Assembly: GCF_036321535.1 (NCBI RefSeq)
Contig: NC_087436.1
Location: forward strand, 98,892,001-98,956,000
Source of the DNA: Camelus dromedarius
Taxonomy: Eukaryota
Length of the DNA stretch: 64,000 bases
Reading direction: 5' to 3'
Each line of letters begins with the position of its first letter. Position 1 is the first letter of the stretch. Both the position numbers and the translations under genes were made by a program. Below the pieces are notes generated by a model. It worked only from the letters and a program-made list of their open reading frames with translations. It did not search any database and was not told the DNA's origin. Shown here one piece after another: positions 28,007 through 41,124 of this stretch.

Positions 28007-28817
28007 CAGGCATACCTTGTTTTATTATTGGTCATTGTAATGTGTTTTTTAATAAATTGAAGTTTTGTGGCAACTCTGCCTTGAGCAAGTCTATTGGCAC
28101 TGTTTTTCCAAAAGCATTTGCTCACTTTCTGTCACTGTGTCATATTTTGATAATTCCTGCAGTATTTCAGACGTTTTCATTATTACCGTATTTGTCACGG
28201 TGGCCTGTGACCAGTGATCTTTGATATTACTATGGCGGTGGTTTTGGGTTGTCACAAATTATGCTCATAGAAGATGGTGAACTTCATCTATAAACGTTGG
28301 GCATGTTCTGACTGCTCCACCAGCTGGTCACCCCCTCGTCATCTCTCTTTCTCCTCAGTCCTCCCTACTCCCTGAGACACAACAATATTGAAAGTTGGCT
28401 CGATTAATAACCCTACAAGGGCCTCTAAGTATTCATGAAAGGAAGAGTCAATCTATGTGGAAAACTTTGTTGTAATCTTAAGAAATTGCCACAGTCACCC
28501 CAACCCTCAGCAACCAGCACCCTGGGCCATCAGCAGCCATTAACATCAAGGCAAGACCCTCGACCGACAAAAAGATTATGATTCACTGAGGGCTCAGATG
28601 ATGGTCAGACATTTTTAACAATAAAGTATTTTTTAATTAAAGTATGTACATCTTTTTAGATATGATGTTGTTGCACACTTAATAGGGTACAGTAAGGCAT
28701 AAACATCAATTTATATGCACTGGGAAAGCAAAAAATTCGTGTGACTCATTTTATTGCAGTCTTTGCTTTATTGTAGTGGACTGGAACCAGACCCGCAATA
28801 TCTCCGAGGCATGCTTG
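28007..28817 (+). mobile_element. Internally deleted Tigger1 derivative (Tigger1a-like)
   Basis: TA then caggcatacct left end and gaggcatgcttg right end. Left and right Tigger1 arms are joined at tgaaaggaagagtc. Confidence 0.9.
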
Positions 28818-29222
28818 CACTTCATTATAGCAATTAAGCTTCATAATTAACTGGGCCATAGTTCTACTAGATCATAAGCCTTGAAACTGAAATCCACATC
28901 ACTCGATGGCCATAGCTTGCAAGTAAAACAAAATCAAATTACAAAGTAAATATCTTATGTGTATTGACTTGGGCAAAATTCTATTTACTCAAATAAGTAA
29001 CCAATTAACCAGTGAAAATTGTGTTTTTTGGTTTTGAGAATGAATGTAAAATGAACGTGCTATCACAAGAGGATGCTTCAGGAAGTGCAGTGTACAGTCA
29101 CGTTGGCTATGGTGCACTGGCACACTGGCATCTGGGCCTTTGATTTTTATCACTTGCGAAAAAGAGAGAAAAGCAGTGCCAGAGTTGCTACGAAACTATA
29201 AAAAATAAATCATTCTTTTGAA

Positions 29223-29423
29223 CTAGCATTTACAAAATGTCTGAATATTTATTATTTTAAAGATGTTGGGAAGCCATTGGAGCAATAACACATTATGCTT
29301 CAACTCACAAAATTTTGATTTAATGGAAAAATTACAAAATCAGATTAAGAATTTCAGAAATCAAACTTTATTTCTGAAAATATTGCTATGTTGGCATCCT
29401 AAAGAAGAAAATATAACAAATTT
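29223..29423 (-). pseudogene. Terminal exon remnant
   Basis: DANIAIFSEIKFDF*N..FPLNQNF, vs GREB1 C-terminal GATLCVICQDRSSLRQ..LELEDEW. TAG at 29223-29225. Confidence 0.45.
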
Positions 29424-29476
29424 CTACAAAATGCTGTAACATTTTATTAATTTAGATCTTTTATTGATGAAGAGTT

Positions 29477-29502
29477 CTATCTATCTACATACATGTATAC
29501 AT

Positions 29503-29535
<33 letters not shown>
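29477..29535. repeat. (TA)n-rich microsatellite
   Basis: Directly visible. Confidence 0.85.
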
Positions 29536-29577
29536 TGACAATAGAGTGGATTTTAGGGAAAGCAAACATCTTTTTAC

Positions 29578-29930
29578 CTATGTGCAGAGAAATGAATATA
29601 ATGAGTATTTCAACGCCCTTAGTCTTTTTTTCTGCTCCATCACTCATTCCAGCTCTGGGGAGGAGGGGTAAATTGGCATCTGAAGGTCCAGAAAGAATTC
29701 TGACCTTCTCCATTGCAGAGGAAACCTGGCATTCAGCCAGCTCTGCCTGGAAACCAGTAAGGGAATTTCTCTACTTCTGCAGTTTCATATTAAGATGTTC
29801 ATGTTTGCCAAATATTTAAATAAAGGTCTCCAACTGTTCTCTCAATAACAAAATTGACCCAGTAGTTTGATCTTTACATGCATATCTCCTGAGTCTTTTG
29901 CTTGGAGTTCATATTTTGGAAGACGATGTG
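29578..29930 (-). pseudogene. Penultimate exon remnant
   Basis: Phase-0 acceptor ctgtag|, donor ATAG|gtaaaa. NFVIERTV and KGVEILIIFISLHI, vs GREB1 QLLLEKFL and LFSGLLLYLCDSFV. Confidence 0.55.
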
Positions 29931-29954
29931 CTACAGATTATGTCCTACAATAGT

Positions 29955-30140
29955 GACTAGCGATATGGCTGCTACATTCAGATGGCTGGGTGCAAAGTTT
30001 AGCTCCACCACTTACGAGACCTGTAAAGTTGGTCAGTTCATTTATATAATTTCTATTTTCCTGAATATGCAAAATAAGATTTGAGTAGTATCTAACATTT
30101 CCAGGCACATGACAAGTACTCAGTAAGTGTTATCTACAAC
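29955..30140 (+). mobile_element. MIR fragment
   Basis: tagctccaccacttac..ctattttcctgaatatgcaaaataag..ccaggcacatgacaagtactcagtaa. Confidence 0.6.
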
Positions 30141-30466
30141 TATATTTATATCAGCAAAGTATGGTTTCTGATCTCAAGTATATAACATCTTCAATATTCA
30201 CAAATTAAATTAGACTTTTTGCGCTTAATATAGCAGGGGAATGGATGAAAACTCTTTTAAAATGTAATTAATATATATTGGGATAATAAGTAATTCTAGA
30301 TGTTTTCCAATTTATTGAAAAATAAGTTGAAACTGATTATCAGTAATCTTCAGTTAAGTCTGCATGGTATTTAAAAGTTAGGTAAATATAACTCTCTGGG
30401 ATTAAAGACATAAATGAATAATGCTTTCTAGTTAAATGTATTGCAATATGAGAAAACCCAATTTAC

Positions 30467-30740
30467 TTCATCACTTTGTGGATTTTTTTTGAGTAAGAGG
30501 AAATATAAATGGATTTTTTTCTCTAAAATAAAAATGCTTTAATAAATTAAATGTGTGAAAATTTTGAGGTTTTAAATAGAACATTTTCTCAGTAAAATCT
30601 AATATCATCATCAGTTTCACACAGCAGAAGGTAGTTAAAATATATGCTAATCATGCTTAAAATGGCAATCTTAGGAATTAATGTCTTCCAAAATATTTTT
30701 TCAAATTTTGGATGTTTTCATGGATGACTGATTGTATTTG
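30467..30740 (-). pseudogene. TAGT-domain exon remnant
   Basis: aatttag| to GAA|gtaaat. FWKTLIPKIAILS..DDDIRF/LRKCSI*NLKIF..LEKK, vs GREB1 FSRCHVHNFIILN..DDVDFNLRVHSAGLLLC..VMKK. Confidence 0.6.
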
Positions 30741-31140
30741 CTAAATTTTAAAATATAAGTTCATACAAAAGAATAAGTGTAAAAAATGTTTAAATGAATT
30801 TATTCCAAAAGAGCTAATCTAGTTTTCTAAATGCTGCTTTTAATTTATACTTTATGCTTTGTGAAAATTGTCCATATTTCAACATAATTGAACTGAATTC
30901 TTTCTCATTCACTATCAAATGAAAGACAGATTTTTTCAATTAAATTTTTATTTCCTGGAAATTTGTAAGGCATTTTCTCCTCATGCCCTTTGTACTCAGT
31001 TTATTTGGAGTACTATGTAAGACATTTTTTCCCCTCTGGTCCCACTTTAAAAAATTACCTTCTTTCAGTTTCAAAGTTACAACAAATGTTTCTGGAACCA
31101 GAGTGTGAATGTTAATACATTAATATAACAGCTTACTTAC

Positions 31141-31178
31141 TTAAAATTCAGAATAAACCAAATTCTCCAATATATTGT
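31141..31178 (-). pseudogene. Possible micro-exon remnant
   Basis: ccatcag|..YIGEFGLF*IL..|gtaagt. Resembles GREB1 DIMHYALLGL. Confidence 0.35.
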
Positions 31179-31394
31179 CTGATGGCAAAACAAACTTTAA
31201 CAATTCTACACTCTTTTATAATTGAATGATGTGATTGTATTATTCACAAAGTTTTATCATTAGAATATATATTTAACATTATATATATACAATATATGTA
31301 ACGTGTTCCTAATATACATGTTGAAATTCTCCAATATAATATTTGTCACATAGTTGCTCTAGAAATTGGCTAATTTAATAAATACATAGTTTTG

Positions 31395-32600
31395 CTTCTG
31401 AGGGATATGTAGCAGCTATTTGTAGGTTAGTACTTCTACTAAAGTCTATTTAAAAATCCAAATAAATCAGAGAAATAATCTTTTTGAGAACAGAAAAAGC
31501 AGAAATGGGCTAAAGCTGCAGAAAAGTGTAAACCATGGAGAGGTAATGTGAATTCAGCAACTAGCAGAGCCCTAGAGGTATTTCTGTTAGTAGACAAAGA
31601 GTCAAAGAACACAAGATGGCACTGCTGGGGACAGAAAAATCAGCAGAATTTTTGAAGGACTCATGGGTGTGGCACTACATAGTTTGTTTTTTCTCTAGGA
31701 CATCTGAGAAACTTTGGGCTGCACGACTTGAGTAGAAAGCTAAATTTCTAAGTGAAAATATGTTGAAAATCAAAACTAACCTACTTGTTTTTTTATAAAA
31801 CAGAAACTAGAGGGACCATGAAGAACAGTCAGGACTCTGATTTGAGAACGTGTAAGAGCTAACAGAAACCTAGAGGTAGAGTGAGCATTACTAGTGCCGC
31901 AAGCCAGCCGAGAGTGAGCACAGTCCCTGTCTAGACAAAAGACATCAACTAGAAGGTGTACTAATATCAGTCATGTAAACTGAAGCACAGAGCAGTAAAT
32001 GAAAAGTACACAAAAATGTTTTAAAACTTGTGGGACATAAGAAAAAGTTCAAATATACATATAATTGGAGTCTCAGAGGGAAAGAAGGAAGTGAATGGCA
32101 GTAAACATTATTTGAAGATATATTATCTTAAAGAATTTTCAAAAACTGTCAAAAGGCAGTAATTTACATGTTTGAGATGCCTTATTAATTGCAAACGAGA
32201 GGAGGAGGATGAGAGGATGAAGAGAATGAAGAGTGAGAAGAGAAAAAGAGAAGGAAGAAGACAAAGGAAAAAGAAAAAAGGGAGGAGGCAGAGGAAGAGA
32301 TGGAGGGAAGAAGGAAGGAAAAACATGAAAGGAGCAACAATAAGACAATCATTTGGCTTCTTGATAGAAATAATGAAAGACATGGATAATACAGTGATAT
32401 ACTAAAAGTGCTGAAAGAAAATAATGATTACAATTCCACACTCAATGAAAATACCCCCAAAATGATGACAAAGTAAACACATTTTTACACAAACCGGAAA
32501 CTTATTGTCAGAAAGGAATGACAAATGATACACATGTCATTACAAAGATAAATCAAATTTATGTTTACTGAACAAAAAATAATAGTTATGTAGTAAAAAT
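31395..32600 (+). mobile_element. Old L1M 5'/ORF1 remnants with an internal purine-rich low-complexity tract (32197-32325)
   Basis: ataattggagtctcagagggaaagaa..tatttgaagata..aagtgctgaaagaaaataa. Confidence 0.6.
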
Positions 32601-32621
32601 ATATCTCTCTTGATGAGAAAA

Positions 32622-33288
32622 TTCTGGGAAGATGGCAGAGTAGGGAGCACCAGAAACCTTTCTCCCCAACTAGATAACAATTGCACTGGCACAGTCTGTC
32701 TGATGTAACTATTTTAGAACTCTGGAGACTATTAAAGATCTCCACTTTCAGATCATGATGTGAATGGTAAACTGTCATTAATTTTCATAAATTTCAGATC
32801 TTAGCACATTACTACCTACCCATCTCTCACTCGTTAGCTGTATGGCAGGCACCTGTGTACATGTTCCTGGAGAAGTTTGCACAGAGCATGAAGCTAAGAT
32901 GGGCAAGAAGGACTCTGTCCTTTAAATATTGGAGATATGTGCTCTGATCACTGAGTGCTGCTTCTGATCACAGAAGTGCAGACACAGAAGTAGCCAGCCA
33001 TTGTTGTTACACTTCCATCCATCTTTCAAGACCCTCCTTCTGTGGCTGAAATGCTTTCATAGAATTTAAAGGGCTGTCACCTTTTGTTCCCTCCTATCTT
33101 TTATTTTTCTTACTTTTTCCCTTTTAGGACCCAGATATCGAAGACTAGGACATTCAAAAACAACTGCATATTAAGGGGGAAAACAGACACAAACCATACA
33201 TGCCCAGAGGAAAGTGCAGACTCAGAAAAGATCTAAGAAGACCTTAAAGTTACACCTCACACGGATCCTCAGTACAGAGACAGCCTAC

Positions 33289-33319
<31 letters not shown>

Positions 33320-33775
33320 AAACAACAACAAAAGCCAGCAAACCCAGGGGAAAGGAAAGCCTTTGCTTTCCAAAGTTGCCATATTGTTTGACTCAAAACA
33401 GAACCTTATTTGACATTCAGTTTTCAACCAGAACATCACAAAGTATACAAAGAAACAGGAAAGCATAGCTTATCCAAAGAAAAAAATCAATCAACAGAAA
33501 CTGTCCCTGACAAAAACCTGATGGTGGATCTACTAAACAAAGACTTTAAAGCAACAATCTTAAATATGCTTAAAAAGCTAAATAAAGATGTGGAGAAAGT
33601 CAGGGAAATAATGTTTGAATAAAATGGAAACATCAACAAAGTGATAGAAAACCTAAAAAGATCCAGAAAGAAATTCTGGAGCTGAAAAGTATAATAATGG
33701 AAATGAAAAATTCACTAGAGGAATTCAAAGGTAGATTTAAATTGACAAAAAACAAAAACCAAAAAAACAAAAAAC

Positions 33776-33816
<41 letters not shown>

Positions 33817-34050
33817 CAAACAAACAAACAAAACAGTGAATTTAAAGATAGAATGATGAAAATTATCAAATCTAAGAAACAAAAGAAAAAAGACTGAAGA
33901 AATGTGAACAGAGCCTCAGGGACTTGTGGGGCACCATCAAGGAGATCCACACACATATTGTCAAAATTCCAGAAGTAGAAGAGAGAGACGGGGCAGAGAA
34001 AATATTTGAAGAAATAATGGCTGAAAAGTTCCCAAATTTGATGACATGGA
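32622..34050 (+). mobile_element. L1M (L1MD/L1MC-type) 5'UTR and ORF1 fragment
   Basis: tctgggaagatggcagagtaggg start. ORF1-like peptides (33410..33622, 33697..33897). Contains polyA at 33288-33316 and (AC)n at 33779-33812. Confidence 0.85.
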
Positions 34051-34052
34051 TA

Positions 34053-34135
34053 TAAACATCTGGGTGTCTCTGTGAGAGTGTTTTTGGGTGAGTAATACTT
34101 AAATTGGTAGACTGAGTAAAGCAGAGTGGCCTTCA
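34053..34135 (+). mobile_element. MLT2-type ERVL LTR fragment
   Basis: ctgggtgtctctgtgagagtgttt..ttggtagactgagtaaagcaga..ggccttc. Confidence 0.65.
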
Positions 34136-34339
34136 AAAAGACTGTGAGTCTCATAATTAACGATAGACGGAGAAGTACAACAGTAAAAAATAATCCATTA
34201 ATCGAAAAGAGGCCAGGAAAGGGAAGAAAAAATGAATACAAAGTAATAGAAAGCAAACAGTGGTAAAGAAGATGTAAAATTAAACATATTAATTACTTAA
34301 AGTGAAGAGACAGAAGTCTTCCAATTAAAAACATAATTT

Positions 34340-34622
34340 TATGGTGTTATCTCAACTTCCTATTATATATCCTCATTTCTCTTTTTGCAGCTCAGCAATG
34401 AGGTATCCATGGACTTCAATACAAATTGTAGGTATCAAAGACATACTCTGTAGAGATCAAAAAGGCTTCTTCTACTTTTTAGAATTTCATTTTAGTCATT
34501 TAGGCTTTCCCACGAGCCTAAATCCCAAGGTTCCACTAACCCAGAATGGACATATATGCAAGGAAAAAAGGCTTAGGTAAGTAGAAACTTCTTCATACCG
34601 TGTATGAGAGATAAAAATACAA
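34340..34622 (-). pseudogene. TAGT-domain exon remnant
   Basis: Acceptor ttttaatag|. After a 1-nt shift in a T run, FPCIYVHSGLVEPWDL..RVCL*YLQFVLKSMD, vs GREB1 WPFIVISDDSCVMWNV..NVSLKHIMQHIE. Confidence 0.6.
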
Positions 34623-35741
34623 CTATTAAAATTAACTAATATACTTTAATTGTACAGCTATGAACTCATCAAGAACAAAGTAAGATGATTTTCTATAACC
34701 CCATACAATATGCCATGCATGGTAGTCAGGACTTTGTGTCAGCTCTGTGATTCTTAGCCTTTGAGGAGAACTGACCTATTTTTCATATTTCAGGACATGA
34801 GAGAAAAAAGGGAAGATGTGACTCAGAGATCACCTCAGTTGATTTTGAAGATCTAGGAGTCATAAATAAATTACCTTCAACTTGAAAACTACGTAACAGA
34901 CTTTCCCCCCATCACTATTTGTATTATTATTTATTTGTCTATTTGTTTTTGAAATAGATAACTTTACTTAAAAATTCTTATTTAGCTCATGAAACATTTT
35001 AAGAATTACCTTCTCTAGAAAAATTCTGAATATCCAGCAATTCTGGGTCACACTCTTCTTTATGAATGCCCAAAGATAAATGTCCCTCTTTCTTTAGAAG
35101 GTCAGTGTGCTTTGCCATTAGCCACAACCCTCACGACCGCCTGAATTCTCTAATGAGACCCACCACATATAAGCTGTAATTTATCATTTTGATTGTATTG
35201 TTGTTTGTCTTAAAGTTAAAAATGATATAAAACATTTTTAAATTTTAATATATAACTACAAAACATGGGAAGATGAAAACTAGCCAATAGCAGTACAGAT
35301 TTCAACAATAATCCAGTATAATTTTAACATGAATCTTACTACCTTTTCATAGGTACTTGAGCTTGTTCATTAATATAATATCTAGTTTCCTTGGTTTTCT
35401 GAATTTATTTGTAAAGTCTAATGTTTGGCTGTTGATTCTTTTGTGTTAATGTTTGCATGATCACATTTTATACAAATAAGCAATTTTTCTACACTTTATT
35501 TTCCTTCTCATAATACATCATCATTATTATTTTAATGAGGAATAAATGCACTTAATTGAGAGTAGCAATCAGTCTGGGAAAGTTTTGAAAGGAGTGGAGT
35601 GAAAGGAGTGAATGTTTTACCACCTCAGTATAAATCATGTCTTAGGTAATATGGGTGAATAAACATATAGAATTGGTCACAACAGTCATACTATTTAAAA
35701 TACTACAAAAGCAATCACAAATTGGACAAGAGTAAAATCAC

Positions 35742-35903
35742 AGGAAAGTTCAGGTCCTTATGGTCTTGGCTAAAGGCTTATATAAAATATATGGATACTT
35801 CAGTGAACACTGGAGGTTTATTATTGACTATTCCACATAAACGCAAGAGATTAGATTTTATTTAGAAATGTGAAGAAATACAAGATCTCTCACAACTTAA
35901 ATG
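35742..35903 (-). pseudogene. TAGT-domain exon remnant
   Basis: Acceptor ttccaatag|. LLRLCGIVNN..EVSIYFI*AFSQDHKDLN, vs GREB1 MLVLPSIFNS..GAAHFLIKELSYHNLELE. Confidence 0.55.
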
Positions 35904-36171
35904 CTATTGGAAATACATGTTAGTCATGTCAACATCTGAATCATTTATAATGAGTACATATATTTCCTACAAAATACTTGTTAGACTTTTAAAAGTAGAT
36001 TTATATGTCAAATGATGATAAATATGAATGAGAATTCATCTGAGTATAAAAAGCTTTGAAGTCAATTGTAAACATATTTATTTGCAATACCATGTTGTTT
36101 TTGTTGAAATAAAAATGGGTAAGGAAGACTTATTCTATGGCACAATTATACAGGTAATTATAATTCTATGT

Positions 36172-36273
36172 CTTATCTATCTATATCTATATATATATCT
36201 ATATATATATATCTATATATATATCTATATATATCTATCTATCTATCTATATATATATATATATATATATATA
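36172..36273. repeat. (TA)n/(TCTA)n microsatellite
   Basis: Directly visible. Confidence 0.95.
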
Positions 36274-36589
36274 CTATAATTACACAGGTATTATAATTCT
36301 ATAATATTACAGCCCTAAATAGTAATTCTCTTTCAGTTCTATATAGTCCAAAGAATTTGGGGCCTAGATACTCATCTTTTAAATTATTTAGTCAAAAGAA
36401 GAAACCTTTTTAAACATCTATATTATTTAATCAATAAATATCCATATAATAGTATCTCTATTAAATTTTAAAGCTATAGCATGAACTAAAAGATTTAATG
36501 GAATAGACAAAACAACTATTTCAGTTAAAGCAATTAAAGTATTTGTCACATGAAAGTATTTGTCACATGAAAAATTTATTACAATACTA

Positions 36590-37580
36590 ATTTGCTTAAA
36601 ATGCTATATGAGAGAGGCCAAAATTCAGGCTGTTACTTAATTAAAGCCTTTATTCATAAAAATGGTAAGGTTGACAACTTGAAAAGTAAAGCAAAAAACA
36701 TATTTTAAAGGCCTGTTTTTAATAGTGAAACAGAATTCTAATTTGTCAGGAGTTGGAATGAATAAAGCCTTCTCTCAGTGGAATTTGCATTTCAAATTTG
36801 GTCCATAAGAGAAAGTATTGTTAGTATTTCCCTGTGCCTTGGGATTCCATATTCTTTCTTTTCCTTTTTCTCTAACTGGAAAGTGGTAGTGGCCACATTT
36901 CAACAGAAAAGTCGATCTGGATTTACTGTATCAGTTATCTAAATTTTAATTAAAGCAGCTATTTGGTCCTTTTAAAATTTCATATGTGTGTATTTGTACA
37001 GGTAAATCATCCAAACTTAACGATTGTATTGTGGGCAAGAATTAAGAATTTGCAGAAAAATTTTTTTCTTTAAGCTACTTGTTACTTCATTATCCCTTTA
37101 AATAGTGATTGTTTGGCTTGGACTGAAGGGAACAAACATTGCATTTATTCCCTTTGAAATTCATATTCCCTTATATAAAGGGGGTAATTTATCATAATAT
37201 TACTTCATTTATAATATTGATTATTTTTTCCGTTAAAATTCACACTTTAAAGAAGAGTCTTTACCACAGCCAAGCCCAGTCTTAATTCTCCCTTTTAAGA
37301 TCCATTTGTAAGCATATAGAGACCATAAAACCAGAGTATCTTTGTTTTTTCAACTTTACTTAATGAGCTATTTGGTAGTAAATACAAGTTATGTTTCTGA
37401 GACAGGATTCTTTGTGAGGCTAAGGTATGTTTTTGGAGGGAGTTGTATGATTTCCTTCTCTGGACATTTGAAAAATGAGATAAATGCTGTGGTCTCTGAG
37501 TGATGGGAATATTTCTGCCCAAGGGCAAGAAAATGAACTCTATGATTTTTAAACTTCCTATAACCCTAGCAATTCTAACT
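36590..37580 (-). pseudogene. Exon remnant(s) leading into the TAGT domain
   Basis: Single frame PVQIHTYEI..YSKSRSTFLLKCGHYHFPV..EKALFIPTPDK, then FWPLSYSIL after a shift, vs GREB1 STLHAFAF..IPKSKEHHFVF..RLPLV..KSPTFTPTTG..YWPNHIML. Boundaries approximate. Confidence 0.6.
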
Positions 37581-40169
37581 TTCGAAAAAAATACAATCAA
37601 TTGCACTCATTAAATCAATAGTTATGCAATAGCCTCCAGCACTCCATGCTAATTAGTCATTTTAAAGGGCTTGCTCTCTGAAAAAAAGAACAGATGTATT
37701 TTCACATTAGTTCAATTAATTGCTTTCATGGTTTTCTTCCTTCCACTCCTTTCTCCCTCCTTCCTTTCCTTCATCAATTTCTCCCATCCTCCCTCCAGGC
37801 TTTTATTCTACTTGATTCCTTTTCATTTCTTTCTTTCTTAACTAACTTGTGGTTCTATCTTATTTTAAATTAATGAGGTTAAAAGTTTTATTAATGTGAA
37901 ACATTACCTACATATTTTAGAGTTTTTGAAAATATGTAAATGAAGTTTGCAATATCTAGTTATATTTTTAATGCTTTGTTCATATTTAAATCTTAAGGGG
38001 GGAGATGTTAAAACTTCAGGTATCTCACATTAATCTTAGACTGATGAGATTCTCAAAAATGACTTTAAGGATTACATACATGAAATAAAGGTATTCATAT
38101 TCAGGAAGGTGGTATAAAATGTATATATACATATACTCTCTGGATTTATAAATTCCCACCCATTATTAACTGAGATAAGGCCATTGTCACTTGCTTCCTC
38201 ATTCCAAACAATGCCTTCAGAGCCTCACCCTCTATAGCAAACTGGCTTCTCAATGTATTTCCTTCTCAAAGAGAACTCTGGTAAATATTCAAGTACCTTT
38301 ATCTCTGTTCTGTATTGCTAAGTTGAAACATTGCTCCCATTGTTGAAAACAAATAAAGATCAACACAAAACCTTCATATACATTTTATAAAAATTATCTT
38401 TTAGTTCAGAAAGATTCATAACATATTTGAGAGCACCTTAGACTTTAAAAGGAAGATTAGATAATCAATCTACTTGGATAAAAGTACATGACTTTTCTGT
38501 TTTCCTCAATTTTATCATTTGACTTTCATGTAAAAGCAAATGACTGCTAACCATTTGTGATATTATTTGACCAATTATTTATATTTTTATATTATTAATT
38601 CCATTATTTACGTATGTGTTGAATGGACTTTGCTTTAATATATAAGGTGTGAGTTCACAAATCATAATTCTTAACAAAATGCAAAATTACTTTGGAATAT
38701 ATATTTTTCTTTTAAACAAAATTCTAAAATGCTCATTAGTCTCTCCCAAACTTTAGCATATGGAAAATACTTTTTACTCATATTTAAGTATAAAGTGTCC
38801 CATAAAATCACCAAACTATTTGGCTATAAAGCCAACTTGAAAAACAATTTTATAAAAAATACAAGCATTCTTATTTATATGTACAAATTCATATTGCCAA
38901 CATCTCATTTTTTGTATTTATACCCAGACTTAAAACCTTAATTTCTATTGTTTAAGCAAAGGGTATAATTCTACAACTAAAAGTATGAGAAAATTCAATT
39001 GCTCCTGACATCCAACTCTCATGATAATAGTAGGAGATACTCCTCTGAGAAAATAATTTGGAAATTTTCTGGTAAATGTTATTTTTGTGTGTGAATGTAG
39101 GATTTATTTTTCAAAGCAAGTTCTCATATATTAAAGGTAAGTATTTTAATTATTCTGTAAGATTGTATCTTTGGATGCTATACTGCATGCTAATATTTAT
39201 ACATGTTGAATATACTTAACTTTAACTCACATAGCCAACATGTTTATGTTTAACTAAAAATTCTGCACTAATGGTGATGCATTTTGGCTAAGTATGCTGA
39301 AAAGAAAATGTCAGAATAAGTTAGAACAGATGATAAAAGGAAAGAAATGACACCAGACAACATGGGAAATAGTCATACTGTAATTCCAAGTGTTGGTTTA
39401 TCAGCTCTTATGAACTGAGACCCAGTAAACTAACTAGACAAAACTTGTATTCATGGAAAGTGTACCATGGGCCAAAATAAGTCCTAGGGATGGGCCAGAA
39501 AGAGGTAGGTAGAATATCTGGACCCTTGATATAGGATGAGTACTTACTATATTGTGTGTCCTGGAGGTAACTGCTAAGGAGCAAAGAGTTAAGATTTACG
39601 TGAATTGAAGTCTATGACGGTGCCAAGGACCAGAAGCAAACTTCCACTATATAGCAAGTAAGACTAGGAGACTTTTAGACTTTCAGAAAGTATAGCTAAA
39701 AATAGTGTGAGAAGTTATAGTTTAACATATATATTTAATTGAGTATTTTCTTCTTTAAAGTAGTTGTCATGTGAAAGTTATATAGTATTTTTTTCAAAAG
39801 TGACCAGAATCTCTTTGAAAATAATTTCCCTTTGGAATTTCCCACTATACTTGAAACATAATTTTAGAGTAGACTTTAGTGTGTATTTTTTAAAAATAAT
39901 GAAACAATAGGTGATACATTTAAATACTGTGACCAGTTAAATCGTGTGTGATAAGATGGTCTTTTTAAGTTCTTAATTGGGGTATGAGAGTATGAGCTAT
40001 GAAACCCATGTCCTATGCCTGTTGTAGAACTTGTAGAACGATAATGCTCAACATTTTGAATAAGGGAGCATGATGAGCATCAGAAGAAAAAAAGGTGTGA
40101 TAATCTCCAAGATTTCAACTGGAGAGTAATACAGATCATGATTCCTTTAGCTAATATTGTACAACAAAA

Positions 40170-40700
40170 ATCTGAAGTCATTTACTTGCTTACCACCTTT
40201 CTGGTAATTTTCCAAGGTCCCTAAGAGAAATTCCCCAATCCTTAAAATTACATTAAATGCCCTTTCTCATATGGCCCCTGCCTCCCTCTCCAGTCATATG
40301 CCGTTACTGGTCTACATGACCCAGATACACTAGTCCTCTCTTGATTTCTTTAAGATATTCTGCACTCTCTCTCCTAAGAACTTTTACACAAGTTGTTTTT
40401 TCTTCTTGGAACATTCTTCCAATATCTATTAGCTATCATCTATTCATCTTTCAAATCAGCTTAATTATTAATTTTTCAAGTAGGCCTTCTGTGATCTCAG
40501 ACTAGGATACATTTTGCTGTTGTATATTTCCATAGCAATGTGGACTTTTATTTAATACATAACACTAAAATTGTAATTTCAGTTAACTTGCTAGACTCTA
40601 AATTCCATTAGGACTGGAAAAGCAATACTTTTATTCACTGTTGTATCTCAAACTATGTATTCCTCCTTTCATATAGCCATGTATTTGTTGAACTGAATTG
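40170..40700 (+). mobile_element. L2 3' fragment
   Basis: atatggcccctgcctccctctccagtc..ctagactctaaattccatta..ttattcactgttgtatctc..tatttgttgaactgaa. Confidence 0.75.
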
Positions 40701-41124
40701 AAACTTTTATTGTGTTTACATAGTACATTACAACTACCTCCTGCTCAGCAAAATTTTCCTTGATTCTCATAAACGGAAATTATTTCTTTCTAATTTGTAT
40801 AGCTTGACTGTCTCTCATGGCAATAATGCTACTTCTTTAATAAGGCAGAGTGAAATGTCTTTAATAATAAGGGGGAGTAAAAGAACTTTTTAAAAAATGC
40901 ATGCTTATGTCAGATACTTTAATTATGTTGTTTCATTTAATCTTCCACAAAAGCCCATGATAGAAGAATATTATCCATGATTTTCATCCTGATTATCAAA
41001 GAGCATAGCTATTAAATGGCACGCAGGTTTGCATAATGCCACATATAATGCCACATTTTCTCTTCTTTCCCCTTCATGACAACCCTGCCAAATTGTGGAG
41101 GAAGAAAACATTTTCATTTGCTAC

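Noticed and set aside
32123..32405. Charged or hydrophobic ORFs on both strands
   Set aside because: Purine-rich low-complexity tract.
33633..34256. 207-aa ORF, the longest in the track
   Set aside because: Antisense to a decayed L1 ORF1 and an (AC)n repeat.
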